Assembly (NCBI GenBank): GCA_036556625.1
Contig: DATBJC010000020.1
Coordinates: 14,587 to 78,586 of the forward strand
From: Gemmatimonadales bacterium
GTDB lineage: Bacteria; Gemmatimonadota; Gemmatimonadetes; Gemmatimonadales; GWC2-71-9
DNA: 64,000 nucleotides
Reading direction: 5' to 3'
Under the pieces are notes generated by a model that searched no databases, was not told the DNA's origin, and saw only the letters and a program-made list of their open reading frames with translations. The position numbers were made by a program, and so were the translations under genes. Below are positions 53,734 to 63,832 of this stretch, in pieces (the first letter of the stretch is position 1; each line of letters opens with the position of its first letter).

Positions 53734-55152
53734 CTACCGTCGCAGGTCGGCCAGGGCCGCCCGGGCGGCGTGGTGGCCGCACATGCCGTGGACCCCTCCG
53801 CCGGGCGGAGTGGATGCCGAGCAGAGGTAGACGCCCCTGATCGGCGTCCGGTAGGGCGTCGGCCGCGCGACCGGCCGCGCGAAAACCTGGCGCAGGTCCA
53901 TCGCGCCGCCGTTGATCTCGCCCCCGATGTAGTTGGGGTTCCGGCGCTCGAAGTCGGCCGGCGTGAGCACGCTGCGCGCGAGGACCCGCTCCCGGAACCC
54001 CGGTGCGAACCGCTCCACCTGTCGCTCGATGCGCTCCGACACATCCTCGGCAGATCCATTGGGGACGTGACAGTACGCCCACGCGGTGTGCCGGCCCGGT
54101 GGAGCCCGGGAGGGATCGAACAACGTGGGCTGCACGAAGAGCACGAAGGGCCGCTGGTGCACGGTCCCCCGGGCGTGCGCCGCCTCGGATGCGACGACTT
54201 GGTCCAGGGTGCCGGCGAGGTGGACCGTCGCCGCGCGGGCGCACTCCGCCGCGGTCCAGGGCACCGGGCCGTCGAGCGCCCAGTCCAGCTTGAACGCGGC
54301 CGAGCCGTAGCGGTAACGCTCCAGGCTCCGGGCATAGCCGCCGGGCAGCTTCCCCGCGGCCAGGCGCAGCACCTGGCGGGGCGCGACGTCGAGCAGCACC
54401 ACCCGGGCGGGCGCGAGCTCGTCCAGATGCTCCACCGGAGCGTCCGTGATGATCTCGCCGCCGAGCGATCGGAAGTACGCCCCCAGGGCGTCGGCCAAGC
54501 GCTGTGAGCCGCCCCGCGGAATCGGCCACCCGACCGCGTGCCCGGTGACCGACAGGAGCAGGCCGAACGCCCCGGTTCCCCAATACTCCAGTGGCAGAAA
54601 CGAGTGGGCCGCGTTTCCGGCAAAGAGGGCGCGCGCCCGCTCGCCTCGGAGGGTCCGCGCCAGTGCCACCGCCGGCCGCAGGGCTCGGAGACCGAACCGG
54701 GCCATCAGGATCGGATGGCGCGGAGGCCGCAACGGCGGCGCCAGCACGTCATGCGACAGCTTTCCCCAGGCGCGGACGAACGGCCCGTGCATCCGTCGCC
54801 AGTCGTCGCCTCCGGGCCCCAGGCCTGCCGCGGTCGCATCGAGTGAGCGCTCCAGCAGGACGGCCGAGCCGTCATCGAGCGGATGGGCCAGGGGGGCGGA
54901 AGGCTGGATCCACTCCATACCGAAGTCGCCCAGCGGCAGAGACTGGAAGAACGGCGACGTGGCCCCGAGCGGATGGACCGCGGAACAGACGTCGTGGGTG
55001 AAGCCGGGAAGGGTGAGCTGGGATGAACAGAGGCCGCCGCCAATGGTCGGGTGGGCCTCCCGGAGCACGGTCTTGAGACCCGCCTGCGCGAGGGTGATCG
55101 CCGCCGCGAGCCCGTTGGGACCCGCGCCGACCACCACGGCCTCAGGCGTCAT
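53734..55152 (-). CDS. Phytoene-desaturase-family NAD(P)/FAD-dependent oxidoreductase (CrtI-like)
   Basis: 'AVVVGAGPNGLAAAITLAQAGLKTVLREAHPTIGGG' forms the dinucleotide fold. The C-terminal 'GVYLCSASTPPGGGVHGMCG' is also present. Confidence 0.8.
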   Translation of the reverse strand: MTPEAVVVGAGPNGLAAAITLAQAGLKTVLREAHPTIGGGLCSSQLTLPGFTHDVCSAVHPLGATSPFFQSLPLGDFGMEWIQPSAPLAHPLDDGSAVLLERSLDATAAGLGPGGDDWRRMHGPFVRAWGKLSHDVLAPPLRPPRHPILMARFGLRALRPAVALARTLRGERARALFAGNAAHSFLPLEYWGTGAFGLLLSVTGHAVGWPIPRGGSQRLADALGAYFRSLGGEIITDAPVEHLDELAPARVVLLDVAPRQVLRLAAGKLPGGYARSLERYRYGSAAFKLDWALDGPVPWTAAECARAATVHLAGTLDQVVASEAAHARGTVHQRPFVLFVQPTLFDPSRAPPGRHTAWAYCHVPNGSAEDVSERIERQVERFAPGFRERVLARSVLTPADFERRNPNYIGGEINGGAMDLRQVFARPVARPTPYRTPIRGVYLCSASTPPGGGVHGMCGHHAARAALADLRR

Positions 55153-56126
55153 GCGCCGAGCGGGCGGCCATCGTGGGGTAGGCGATCGATGAACTCCGTC
55201 ACCTGTGTGATCATGTCGTCCGGCGCGTCGAGCGACAGAAGATGGCCTGCCTCCGCCACCGTCCGGAGCTCCGCGCCGGAGATCTTCTGCGCGTTCTGCT
55301 GGCGCTCACCGGTGCGGGACCAGTCGTGGTCTCCGTAGAGTAGCAGCACCGGCCGGTCGATGGCGCCGTATCGCTCCGCGACCGCTTCCCAGCTGGGCCA
55401 ATGGTGCACCAGCGACATGAACCCCTGGTAATGCCCCCGCCGGTTTCCCACCTGGTAGATCTCGCGCGCCAGCGCCGGCGGCAACGACCCAAGGCGATGG
55501 AGTCCGCCTTCGAGCACGGCGGTGATCACGGGGAGCTGGCGCAGCCGCATCACCGTGCCGCCCAGGATCGGCACATCGTTGAGGCCGAAGAGCAGCCGGG
55601 CGAGCAGAGAGGCGCGCAACAGACCACGCCCGCGGTCATAGTCGTACGGGTTGATCGCGACGACCGCCCGGACCCGCGGGTGGTGGTCGGCCGCCAGCGC
55701 CAGCGCGATGGCTCCGCCGATGGACTCGCCGACCAGCACCGTGCCGTCGAGCTCCAGCCGATCCAGGAAGCCCGCAATCTTATCGATGAAGAACTCGGCC
55801 GAGTAGTCGGCGGCCGGGATGTCGGAGTGCCCGTGGCCAGGGAGGTCCACGGCGTAGACTCGGTAGCGAGCGGCCAACGCGGAGAATACCCGCTGAAACA
55901 GGTCGAGCTGGGTCCGCAGCGTGTGGAGGAGCACGACCGGGACGCCGTTCCCCGCCACGACATACCGGAGCCGCACGCCGTCCACCGTCACCCAGCGCAC
56001 CGGCACCTCGGGCGCCCAGGAAAGTGCCGTCGCGGTCGCCGGAGCCCGGCGCAGCCGCTCCACCAGGTAGGAGATGGCCACCACCGCGCCTGCGCCGGCC
56101 AGGGTGCCGATGATCATGAGCGTCAT
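55149..56126 (-). CDS. Alpha/beta-fold hydrolase
   Basis: It has the 'VVLLHT...YAVDLPGHGHSD' and nucleophile elbow 'GESIGG' motifs. There are ATGA overlaps on both sides. Confidence 0.85.
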   Translation of the reverse strand: MTLMIIGTLAGAGAVVAISYLVERLRRAPATATALSWAPEVPVRWVTVDGVRLRYVVAGNGVPVVLLHTLRTQLDLFQRVFSALAARYRVYAVDLPGHGHSDIPAADYSAEFFIDKIAGFLDRLELDGTVLVGESIGGAIALALAADHHPRVRAVVAINPYDYDRGRGLLRASLLARLLFGLNDVPILGGTVMRLRQLPVITAVLEGGLHRLGSLPPALAREIYQVGNRRGHYQGFMSLVHHWPSWEAVAERYGAIDRPVLLLYGDHDWSRTGERQQNAQKISGAELRTVAEAGHLLSLDAPDDMITQVTEFIDRLPHDGRPLGA

Positions 56127-56575
56127 TGCTCCTCCGGAGAGATCGTCATCACGCTGGAGAGGTCGGCCAGCATCCGGGCCATGCGGCGGGCTCCCAGGTG
56201 CCGCGCGACGGCCCGCTGGGCGCTCTGCCAGCGCGGAAAGGCCTGCGCCAGCTTCGCCAGGCCTTTATCGGTGAGCTCGACTTCGCGCACCCGGGCATCG
56301 CTGCCGGGCTGCACCCGCACCAGCCGGTCCCGCTCCAGCACCTCCAGGTTCCGCGACAGCGTCGTCCGATCCATGACCGCCTCCTCGGCGAGTCTGGTGA
56401 TGGGGAGGGTGCCGGCCAGCCGCAGCAGGGTGAGCAGGGAGAATTGGGTGGTGCGAAGTCCCGTGGGTCGCAGGGCCTGGTCATAGAACTGGGTGACCGC
56501 GCGGGTGGCCTTCCGCAGGGTGAAGCAGGTGCAGCCGGCGGCCCGGCCCAGGGCCCGGCGATCCAGGCGTGTCAT
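56123..56575 (-). CDS. MarR-family transcriptional regulator
   Basis: 150 aa with the winged helix 'TQFSLLTLLRLAGTLPITRLAEEAVMDRTTLSRNLEVLERDRLV'. The ATG is at 56573-56575. Confidence 0.85.
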   Translation of the reverse strand: MTRLDRRALGRAAGCTCFTLRKATRAVTQFYDQALRPTGLRTTQFSLLTLLRLAGTLPITRLAEEAVMDRTTLSRNLEVLERDRLVRVQPGSDARVREVELTDKGLAKLAQAFPRWQSAQRAVARHLGARRMARMLADLSSVMTISPEEQ

Positions 56576-56579
56576 AAAT

Positions 56580-56595
56580 AGGAGTATATACACCT
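56580..56595. promoter_or_regulatory. Near-palindrome upstream of marR-type gene (candidate operator)
   Basis: AGGAGTATATACACCT has a perfect 8-nt core palindrome GTATATAC, with flanks AGG/CCT. It lies 5 nt from the start codon. Confidence 0.3.
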
Positions 56596-56613
56596 TTCTT
56601 CCCGAAAGCGAAA

Positions 56614-56637
56614 TCGCCCCACCGTATGGTGGGGCGA
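56614..56637 (-). terminator. Intrinsic terminator of the padR/small-membrane-protein unit
   Basis: TCGCCCCACC-GTAT-GGTGGGGCGA forms a perfect 10-bp stem. On the minus strand it is followed by TTTCGCTTTCGGG. Confidence 0.6.
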
Positions 56638-56666
56638 CCGATCGTTGCGCCGACTCCTCTTCGCGC

Positions 56667-56906
56667 TCAGGTCGCGCCGGCCGCTCGCTCCGACAACAGG
56701 CGTTCGGTGAAATCCAGCCGCTCTTCCAGGTCGGCGATCCGCCGCTCGAGCGCGTCCACGTAGGTCCGCTGCTGGTCCAGCTCACGCTCCAAGCGCGAGG
56801 ATCCAGCGTATCCCGCCCTGGCCCACCGTTCCCGGCGCCAGTGCCGCGTCACCATGAGGAAGAACAGGAACGGCACCAACCAGACCATCCATGCGAAGCC
56901 CCACAT
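56667..56906 (-). CDS. Small membrane protein with C-terminal coiled coil (PspB-like topology)
   Basis: 79 aa from MWGFAWMVWLVPFLFFLMVTRHW (one TM). A heptad-like 'LERELDQQRTYVDALERRIADLEERLDFTERLL' follows. It lies directly downstream of padR. Confidence 0.5.
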   Translation of the reverse strand: MWGFAWMVWLVPFLFFLMVTRHWRRERWARAGYAGSSRLERELDQQRTYVDALERRIADLEERLDFTERLLSERAAGAT

Positions 56907-56925
56907 CGTTCGTCTCTCCTCTGCG

Positions 56926-57507
56926 TCAGACCGATTTCGCCTGCCACGCCTGCTCCACCTCATCGGCCGCCTTCCGCAGGATCTCGGCGACCCGCTGCAG
57001 CGCCGGGTCGTCGGGCCCGCGGCGCCAGACCCGCTTGAAGGTCACGCTGGCCAGCTTGGCGAAGGCGCTCTGGACCTCTCCGATGTTGCCGCCGGCGAAG
57101 TCGCGGACCGTCTCCCGTACCCGGTCGATGATCTCGTCGAGCAGGTCGCGATGCTCCTCGAGATAGCGCTCCCCCTCGGGAGTGATGTGGTACACCTTCT
57201 TTCCTTCGGTCTCGACCACCCGGACGTAGCCCTCGTCCTCCAGGAGCTGCAGGGTGGGGTAGACGGTACCCGCGGAGGGCGTGTAGTACCCCGCCAGCTT
57301 CTCCTCCAGAGCCTTGATGACCTCATAGCCGTGGCGGGGCTTTTCCTTGAGCAGGCGGAGAATCACGAACTTCATCTCACCCGATTCGAACATCTGGGTT
57401 CTGCGGCGGGGCCCCCGTCCCGAGCTCCAGGGGCCGTGCCGGCCGGGGCCGAACCCGAACCCTCGAAACGCGAAACCGGGGCCGAACCCCCAATCATCCT
57501 TGCACAT
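56926..57507 (-). CDS. PadR-family transcriptional regulator
   Basis: 'FVILRLLKEKPRHGYEVIKALEE...GTVYPTLQLLEDEGYV' is the PadR winged helix. I prefer the ATG at 57507, which has GGAGG 10 nt upstream, over the track start at 57540. Confidence 0.85.
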   Translation of the reverse strand: MCKDDWGFGPGFAFRGFGFGPGRHGPWSSGRGPRRRTQMFESGEMKFVILRLLKEKPRHGYEVIKALEEKLAGYYTPSAGTVYPTLQLLEDEGYVRVVETEGKKVYHITPEGERYLEEHRDLLDEIIDRVRETVRDFAGGNIGEVQSAFAKLASVTFKRVWRRGPDDPALQRVAEILRKAADEVEQAWQAKSV

Positions 57508-57543
57508 AGCGAGCTCCACCTCCGTTATTTCGTGCGACATGAT

Positions 57544-57559
57544 GTACGATATATCGTAC
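57544..57559. promoter_or_regulatory. Perfect 16-bp palindrome, candidate PadR operator
   Basis: GTACGATATATCGTAC sits in the padR leader, with an extra CGTA half-site repeat about 12 nt away. Confidence 0.45.
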
Positions 57560-57620
57560 GAAATGGCTTACGAAGTGTCAAGCGGGGCTGTTTCACAGAG
57601 GTGCGGTGCGGTAACGACGC

Positions 57621-57983
57621 CTAGGGCACCACCGCCGTCGCCGGCGTCACTGCCCGCTCGTCCCGCTCGCCGGTGCGGATCCGGTGAACCTGCTCCACGT
57701 CGAGCACGAACACCTTGCCGTCGCCCACCTCGCCGGTGTGGGCCGCCCCCACGATGGCTCGAACGGTGACGTCCACGAAAGAATCCGACACGCCGATATC
57801 CAGCCGAACCTTCTCCTGCAACTCCATTTTCACGGTAGTGCCGCGATAGGTCTCCACCCGGTCGGTCTCCCCGCCATGTCCCAGGACGCGGGAGACCGTC
57901 AATCCAGTCACCTCGGCCCGGTAGAGCGCCTCCAGCACCTCGTTCAGGCGATCGGGTCGGATGATGGCCACGATCAGCTTCAT
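57621..57983 (-). CDS. glnK: P-II nitrogen regulatory protein
   Basis: 'MKLIVAIIRPDRLNEVLEAL...TGLTV..V.GHGG' and 'TGEVGDGKVFV' blocks are present. It lies 15 nt downstream of amtB. Confidence 0.9.
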   Translation of the reverse strand: MKLIVAIIRPDRLNEVLEALYRAEVTGLTVSRVLGHGGETDRVETYRGTTVKMELQEKVRLDIGVSDSFVDVTVRAIVGAAHTGEVGDGKVFVLDVEQVHRIRTGERDERAVTPATAVVP

Positions 57984-57998
57984 CGGTCTCTCCCGGCG

Positions 57999-59333
<1,335 letters not shown>

Positions 59334-59390
59334 CACCTGTGGAATCCCGAGCTGAAGGTTGGAGGGGCGCCCGGTTGCGCTCCCTAGGAG

Positions 59391-59471
59391 ATTGTACCCA
59401 CCCGGCTGGAGTTGCGCAATACTTCTGTCATATAAAATCGGCAAAAATTGCACGAAACCGGTGACAGAAGT
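59391..59471 (-). promoter_or_regulatory. amtB-glnK promoter candidate with upstream 10-bp inverted repeat
   Basis: The minus strand reads TTGCGC (59414-59419), a 17-nt spacer, then TACAAT (59391-59396). Immediately upstream is ACTTCTGTCA (59421-59430) / TGACAGAAGT (59462-59471) around an AT-rich 31-nt spacer, plus TTGCAC-N16-GTGCAA. Confidence 0.4.
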
Positions 59472-59575
59472 GCAAAATCAGCCGCCCACTTGCCAGCTTG
59501 GTCGTCAAAACACGCGACTTATGCACAATCCCTAGAACACCGCCGAGCCCCAGCCCATTGGCCCGACAGCCCCGC

Positions 59576-59604
59576 GGCCCCCACGATCCGGGATCGTGGG
59601 GGCC
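59576..59604. terminator. 29-nt perfect palindrome downstream of the dehydrogenase gene
   Basis: GGCCCCCACGATCC-G-GGATCGTGGGGGCC. There is no clear U-tract. Confidence 0.45.
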
Positions 59605-59630
59605 GCCTTCAACCCTGCTCACACCGCGAC

Positions 59631-60965
59631 TCAGCTGCCGCTGTACGTCACCCGCCAGAGCCGGCCTCCGCTGTCGTCGCTGATGTACAATGCTCCATCC
59701 GGTCCCACCGCCACGCCGGCCGGTCGGTGCCTCGCGAGGCCCGGCTCCTTCCTCGGTCCCGCGAAGCCGTCCGCAAAGACCTGGTATTGGCCCGAAGGCT
59801 TGCCGTTGGCGAAGGGCTGGAACACGACGTTGTAGCCCTGCTGGGGCTCGGGTGCCCGGTTCCAGGAGCCGTGGAAAGCGATGAACGCGCCGTTGCGGTA
59901 GGACTCAGGGAACGCGGTACCGGTGTAGAAGGCCAGCCCGTTGGGGGCCCAGTGGGCCGGGAAGGCGGCCGCGGGCCCCAGCTTCCCGGTGCATTCCCCG
60001 ACCTTCTCGCCGTCGCCGCCGTATTCCGGCGCCAGCACCAGCTTCTCGGCTTTCGGGTCATAGTAGCAGTACGGCCAGCCGTAGTCGCCCCCGCTGACTA
60101 CTTGGAGCAGCTCCTCCGCGGGCAGCTCCGCGCTCGCCTTCCAGTCGAACAGCTTGGGCCAGTTCTCCCCCAGCTGGTCGCGGCCGTGCTGAGTGGCGTA
60201 GAGCGCCCCGTCCACCGGGTTGATCGCGAGCGCGCCGGTGTTCCGGATCCCGGTGGCGTAGCGGCCATCGGCGTTGAATCGCTGGCCGGTCCTGCTGGCG
60301 CTGAAGCGCCAGATCCCGGCCCGCGTCGCGAGCTCCTTGCAGGGGCGCTCGCCCGGCGAGCCCACCTGCCGATCCTGCTCCTGGCAGGAGTTGGTCGCCG
60401 ACCCGCTGTTGACGAACAGGTTCCCTTCCAGATCGATGGCGAAGGGGTGGGAGGTGTGCCCCTGTTCGGTCGCCAAGCCGGTGATCACGGTCTCCGGCCG
60501 ACCGGAGGGGACCAGCTGGTTGGCGGCCAGCCGGTAGCGGACGATGTCTCCGCCCACCTCCGCATAGAGCGCGTCCTTGAAGATCGCGATGCCGGTTCCT
60601 CCCTTGCCGCTTTCGCTGCCGAAGCGCTGGATCTGGTCGGCCCTGCCGTCGCGGTTGGTGTCTCGCAGGGCGACCAGAAAGCCGCCCGGCGGGATCCGGC
60701 GGTCGCTCTGGGACGAGTGACGGGTGTTCAGGTAGACGTCGCCATTCGGTCTGATCGCGATCTGTCGGGCCTCGCCCAGGCTGTCGGCGAAGATCGCCGA
60801 TTGGAAACCGGCCGGCAGCGTGACGGAATCGGGGGTGGAAGCCGCGGCTGTCGAGGCGGAGTCGCCGGCGCCGTCCGCGCGAGCGGCGCGCTCGCCTCCG
60901 CCGCAGGCCAGAGCAGCGCCGGCGATCAGGGCGACGGCTCCGGGATGGCGGATGAAGGATGTCAT
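59631..60965 (-). CDS. PQQ-dependent sugar (glucose/sorbosone) dehydrogenase-like beta-propeller lipoprotein
   Basis: The lipobox is 'GAALACGG'. 'LPAGFQSAIFADSLGEARQIAIRPNGDVYL' and repeated propeller blades are present. The C-terminal 'RPAGVAVGPDGALYISDD' is typical of the family. Confidence 0.72.
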   Translation of the reverse strand: MTSFIRHPGAVALIAGAALACGGGERAARADGAGDSASTAAASTPDSVTLPAGFQSAIFADSLGEARQIAIRPNGDVYLNTRHSSQSDRRIPPGGFLVALRDTNRDGRADQIQRFGSESGKGGTGIAIFKDALYAEVGGDIVRYRLAANQLVPSGRPETVITGLATEQGHTSHPFAIDLEGNLFVNSGSATNSCQEQDRQVGSPGERPCKELATRAGIWRFSASRTGQRFNADGRYATGIRNTGALAINPVDGALYATQHGRDQLGENWPKLFDWKASAELPAEELLQVVSGGDYGWPYCYYDPKAEKLVLAPEYGGDGEKVGECTGKLGPAAAFPAHWAPNGLAFYTGTAFPESYRNGAFIAFHGSWNRAPEPQQGYNVVFQPFANGKPSGQYQVFADGFAGPRKEPGLARHRPAGVAVGPDGALYISDDSGGRLWRVTYSGS

Positions 60966-61123
60966 AGGGGGATGTTCTCCGTGAGGGAAGACGTCTCAGG
61001 ACTCGCCGCCCCGGACTTGACCCAGACCCCCGGCAGCGGGATATTTCGCGGCTCGTATTCTCGCAATTGAGAACGACTTTCGTTCATTTTCGCTCGCCCT
61101 TTTTCGCTCGACGAGACCCGACC

Positions 61124-61723
61124 GTGAATCTGCGTGGACCTAAAGTCAGAATAGCCCGCCAGCTCGGCATTCCGCTCACCCCCAAGGCGACCCGGATCAT
61201 GGAGCGCCGGCCGGAGCCACCCGGCCAGCACGGCGCCACGCCTCGCCGCAAGGTCAGCGAATACAAGAAGCAGCTGGTGGAGAAGCAGCGGCTCCGTGCC
61301 CAGTATAACGTGAGCGAGCGGCAGCTTCAGAACACCTTCGCCGAAGCCAGCCGCAAGGAAGGCCACACCGGCGTGGCGCTGCTGCAGCTGCTGGAGATGC
61401 GGCTGGATGCCGTGGTGCTCCGCGCCGGCTTCGCCCGCACTATCTTCGCCGCACGTCAGGCGGTCTCCCATGGGCACTTCACGGTGAATGGCAAGCGCAG
61501 CACCATCCCGTCCCGCCGGCTCCAGCCGGGTGACGTCGTGGCGCTGGCGCCGAAGAGCCGCGATCTCGCTACCTTTCTCGGTCCGCTGGAGAACGCCCGG
61601 CCCCCCGCCCACCTCTCGCTCGACCGGGAAAAGCGGAGCCTCCGGATCAACGAGGTCCCCGAGCGCGACCAGATCCCGGTCATCTGCGAGATCTCGCTGG
61701 TGGTGGAGTACTACTCCCGCTGA
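61124..61723 (+). CDS. rpsD: 30S ribosomal protein S4
   Basis: 199 aa from GTG 61124. 'GPKVRIARQLG...PPGQHG...SEYKKQLVEKQRLRAQYNVSERQ' and the S4 RNA-binding domain 'LEMRLDAVVLRAGFARTIFAARQAVSHGHFTVNGK' align with E. coli S4. Confidence 0.9.
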   Translation: MNLRGPKVRIARQLGIPLTPKATRIMERRPEPPGQHGATPRRKVSEYKKQLVEKQRLRAQYNVSERQLQNTFAEASRKEGHTGVALLQLLEMRLDAVVLRAGFARTIFAARQAVSHGHFTVNGKRSTIPSRRLQPGDVVALAPKSRDLATFLGPLENARPPAHLSLDREKRSLRINEVPERDQIPVICEISLVVEYYSR

Positions 61724-61769
61724 TCGGGCCGGCTCCCGGCTTGGGCCTCGCCGGGAGCCGTTGCCGTCC

Positions 61770-62945
61770 GTGATCCGTCCCCTCTCCCGCGCCACCCTGC
61801 TCCAAATCGTGCTCCTCACCGCCGCGATCGCGCCTCGCGGAGAGGCGCAGCGCGCCTGGCCCGGCCTCACCCGCCGCTTCGACCAGTTCGCCCGAACGGC
61901 CGGCGCGGTCGGCGGCAGCGCGGTCCTGGTGCGGAATGGGGAGATCGTCGCTCGGCACCACTACGGGTTTGCCGATCGGGCGAAGCGCCGCCGGGTGACC
62001 GAGCGGACCATCTATCACTGGGCCTCCATCACCAAGACGCTGACCGCCATCGCCGTGCTTCAACTCCGCGACCGCGGGCTGCTCTCGCTCGACGATCGGG
62101 TGACCCGCTGGGTCCCCGAGCTTCGGGAGATTCACGCCACCGAGGGCGCGGCCGACAGCATCACCCTCCGGATGCTGCTCTCCCACACGTCCGGACTGCA
62201 GGCGCCGACCTGGCCCTGGACCAGCGGTGAGCCGTGGGAACCGTTCGAGCCCACGCGGTGGGAGCAGCTGGTGGCGATGATGCCCTATCAACGGCTGCTC
62301 TTCCGCCCCGGCTCGCGCTACGGCTACTCCAATCCCGGCTATCTCTATCTGGCCCGGGTCGTCGAGAAGCTCACCGGCGATCCCTGGGCGGTGTACGTGC
62401 AGAAGAACCTGTGGATGCCGCTGGCGATGGATCGGAGCTACGTCGGCGCCACGCCGTATCACCTGGCGGAAGATCGCTCGCACGGCTACCGAGTGAAGGG
62501 CGAGAGCCTGACCGATGGGGGTGCCGATTTCGATCCCGGGGTCACCATTCCCAACAGTGGATGGAACGCTCCGGTGGACGATGTCGCTCGGTATGTGGCC
62601 TTTCTCACCGGCTTCCCATCCGATTCGGCCACTCGCGCCCGATACGACGGTGTCCTTCGGCGCCGAACGCTGGAAGAAATGTGGCGTCCGCTGGTGAAGA
62701 CCGGCGCCGCCCTGCCGGAGTTCGCCGCGGCGGGCCTCGGCATCTTCTCGCTGGAAGCAGAGGGTCGCCAGATCATCGGTCATACCGGCGACCAGGCGGG
62801 CTATCGCTCCTATGTCTATATCGATCCCGCGGCGTCGAGCGGAATCGTTCTGGTCTTCAACACGTCCAACGACGATGGCGCAGGAGCGCGCGAGATGGCT
62901 GCATTGGCCGCCGAAGCCATCCGAATACTGCGCCTGTCGCCCTGA
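61770..62945 (+). CDS. Beta-lactamase-fold serine hydrolase (class C/PBP-related)
   Basis: It has a signal peptide, the SxxK motif 'ASITKTL' and the YxN motif 'YGYSNPGY'. GTG start at 61770. Confidence 0.85.
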   Translation: MIRPLSRATLLQIVLLTAAIAPRGEAQRAWPGLTRRFDQFARTAGAVGGSAVLVRNGEIVARHHYGFADRAKRRRVTERTIYHWASITKTLTAIAVLQLRDRGLLSLDDRVTRWVPELREIHATEGAADSITLRMLLSHTSGLQAPTWPWTSGEPWEPFEPTRWEQLVAMMPYQRLLFRPGSRYGYSNPGYLYLARVVEKLTGDPWAVYVQKNLWMPLAMDRSYVGATPYHLAEDRSHGYRVKGESLTDGGADFDPGVTIPNSGWNAPVDDVARYVAFLTGFPSDSATRARYDGVLRRRTLEEMWRPLVKTGAALPEFAAAGLGIFSLEAEGRQIIGHTGDQAGYRSYVYIDPAASSGIVLVFNTSNDDGAGAREMAALAAEAIRILRLSP

Positions 62946-63093
62946 GCCCAGCGAAGGGGATCATCACCGCCATGGTCCCCCGTCGTGTGCTCAGGGTGAC
63001 GTGCTGCCATCCCCCCATGCTGGCCCCACTCTTGCCCCCCTCCGGACCCATCCCTTCACTGCTCGATGGACTCCCCCCGGTTCCGGAGGCGAA

Positions 63094-63822
63094 ATGACTG
63101 CTAAGCGACTGTCTCTCTTCGCGCTGACGCTGCTGGCCGCGTGCGGCGGTGAAAGCGCCGACCGCATCGCGGCCGACAGCCTGAGCCGCGATCTGCAACG
63201 GGCCCCGGTGGACTCCGTAGCGACCCTGGGCGATTACCCCGCGGCGGCGCCGGCCAAGCCCGTCGCGACCAAGCCGAAGCCCAAGCCCGCGCCCACTCCG
63301 CGCGCCCTCGTCTCCGGCACCATCATCTCGACGGCGGTGGACCGGGAGATCAACTCCCGCACCAACAAGGCCGGCGAGATCGTCACCACGACGGTCAGCG
63401 CCAACGTGACCGACTCGCGCGGCCGCGTGGTGATCCCGGCCGGTTCCAAGGTCACGATGACCATCACCGAGATCCGCGAGTCCGAGAACAAGGGCGACAA
63501 GACCGGCAAGCTCACCCTCACTCCCACCGAGGTCGCCATCGCGGGGCGGAGCTACTCGCTCAGCGCCTCCGCGGAGGCCCTGGACCGGCAGCTCAAGGAC
63601 CGGAAGACCAATGCGGGAGATGTGGCCAAGGTCGGCGCCGGCGCGGCGGTCGGCGCGATCGCCGGACGGGTGATCGGTGGCAGCACCAAGGGCGCCGTGA
63701 TCGGCGGCGTGATCGGCGGCGCCGTCGGAGCCCAGCGCGCGGTCGAGACACAGGACCGCGACGTGGTGGTGCCGGCCGGCTCGCGGGTGCAACTGACCCT
63801 CCAGTCAGGATTGACCATCTAG
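63094..63822 (+). CDS. Lipoprotein with C-terminal glycine-zipper
   Basis: The lipobox is 'LTLLAACGG', followed by a Pro/Lys linker. The glycine zipper is 'GAGAAVGAIAGRVIGGSTKGAVIGGVIGGAVGA'. GGAGG lies 7 nt upstream of the ATG. Confidence 0.65.
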   Translation: MTAKRLSLFALTLLAACGGESADRIAADSLSRDLQRAPVDSVATLGDYPAAAPAKPVATKPKPKPAPTPRALVSGTIISTAVDREINSRTNKAGEIVTTTVSANVTDSRGRVVIPAGSKVTMTITEIRESENKGDKTGKLTLTPTEVAIAGRSYSLSASAEALDRQLKDRKTNAGDVAKVGAGAAVGAIAGRVIGGSTKGAVIGGVIGGAVGAQRAVETQDRDVVVPAGSRVQLTLQSGLTI

Positions 63823-63832
63823 GCCGTAACGG

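Noticed and set aside
59400-59480. Sigma-54 promoter or NtrC enhancer upstream of amtB.
   Set aside because: No GG-N10-GC element with the correct -24/-12 spacing is present. The TGCAC-type half-sites are 16 nt apart rather than the 5-nt NtrC spacing. A sigma-70-like TTGCGC-N17-TACAAT fits better.
61017-61123. S4 autoregulatory leader or pseudoknot upstream of rpsD (TTGACC-N17-GATATT plus the direct repeat TTTTCGCTCG x2).
   Set aside because: The promoter-like boxes and short repeats are weak, and I cannot show a conserved structure by eye. It is noted only as a possible leader.
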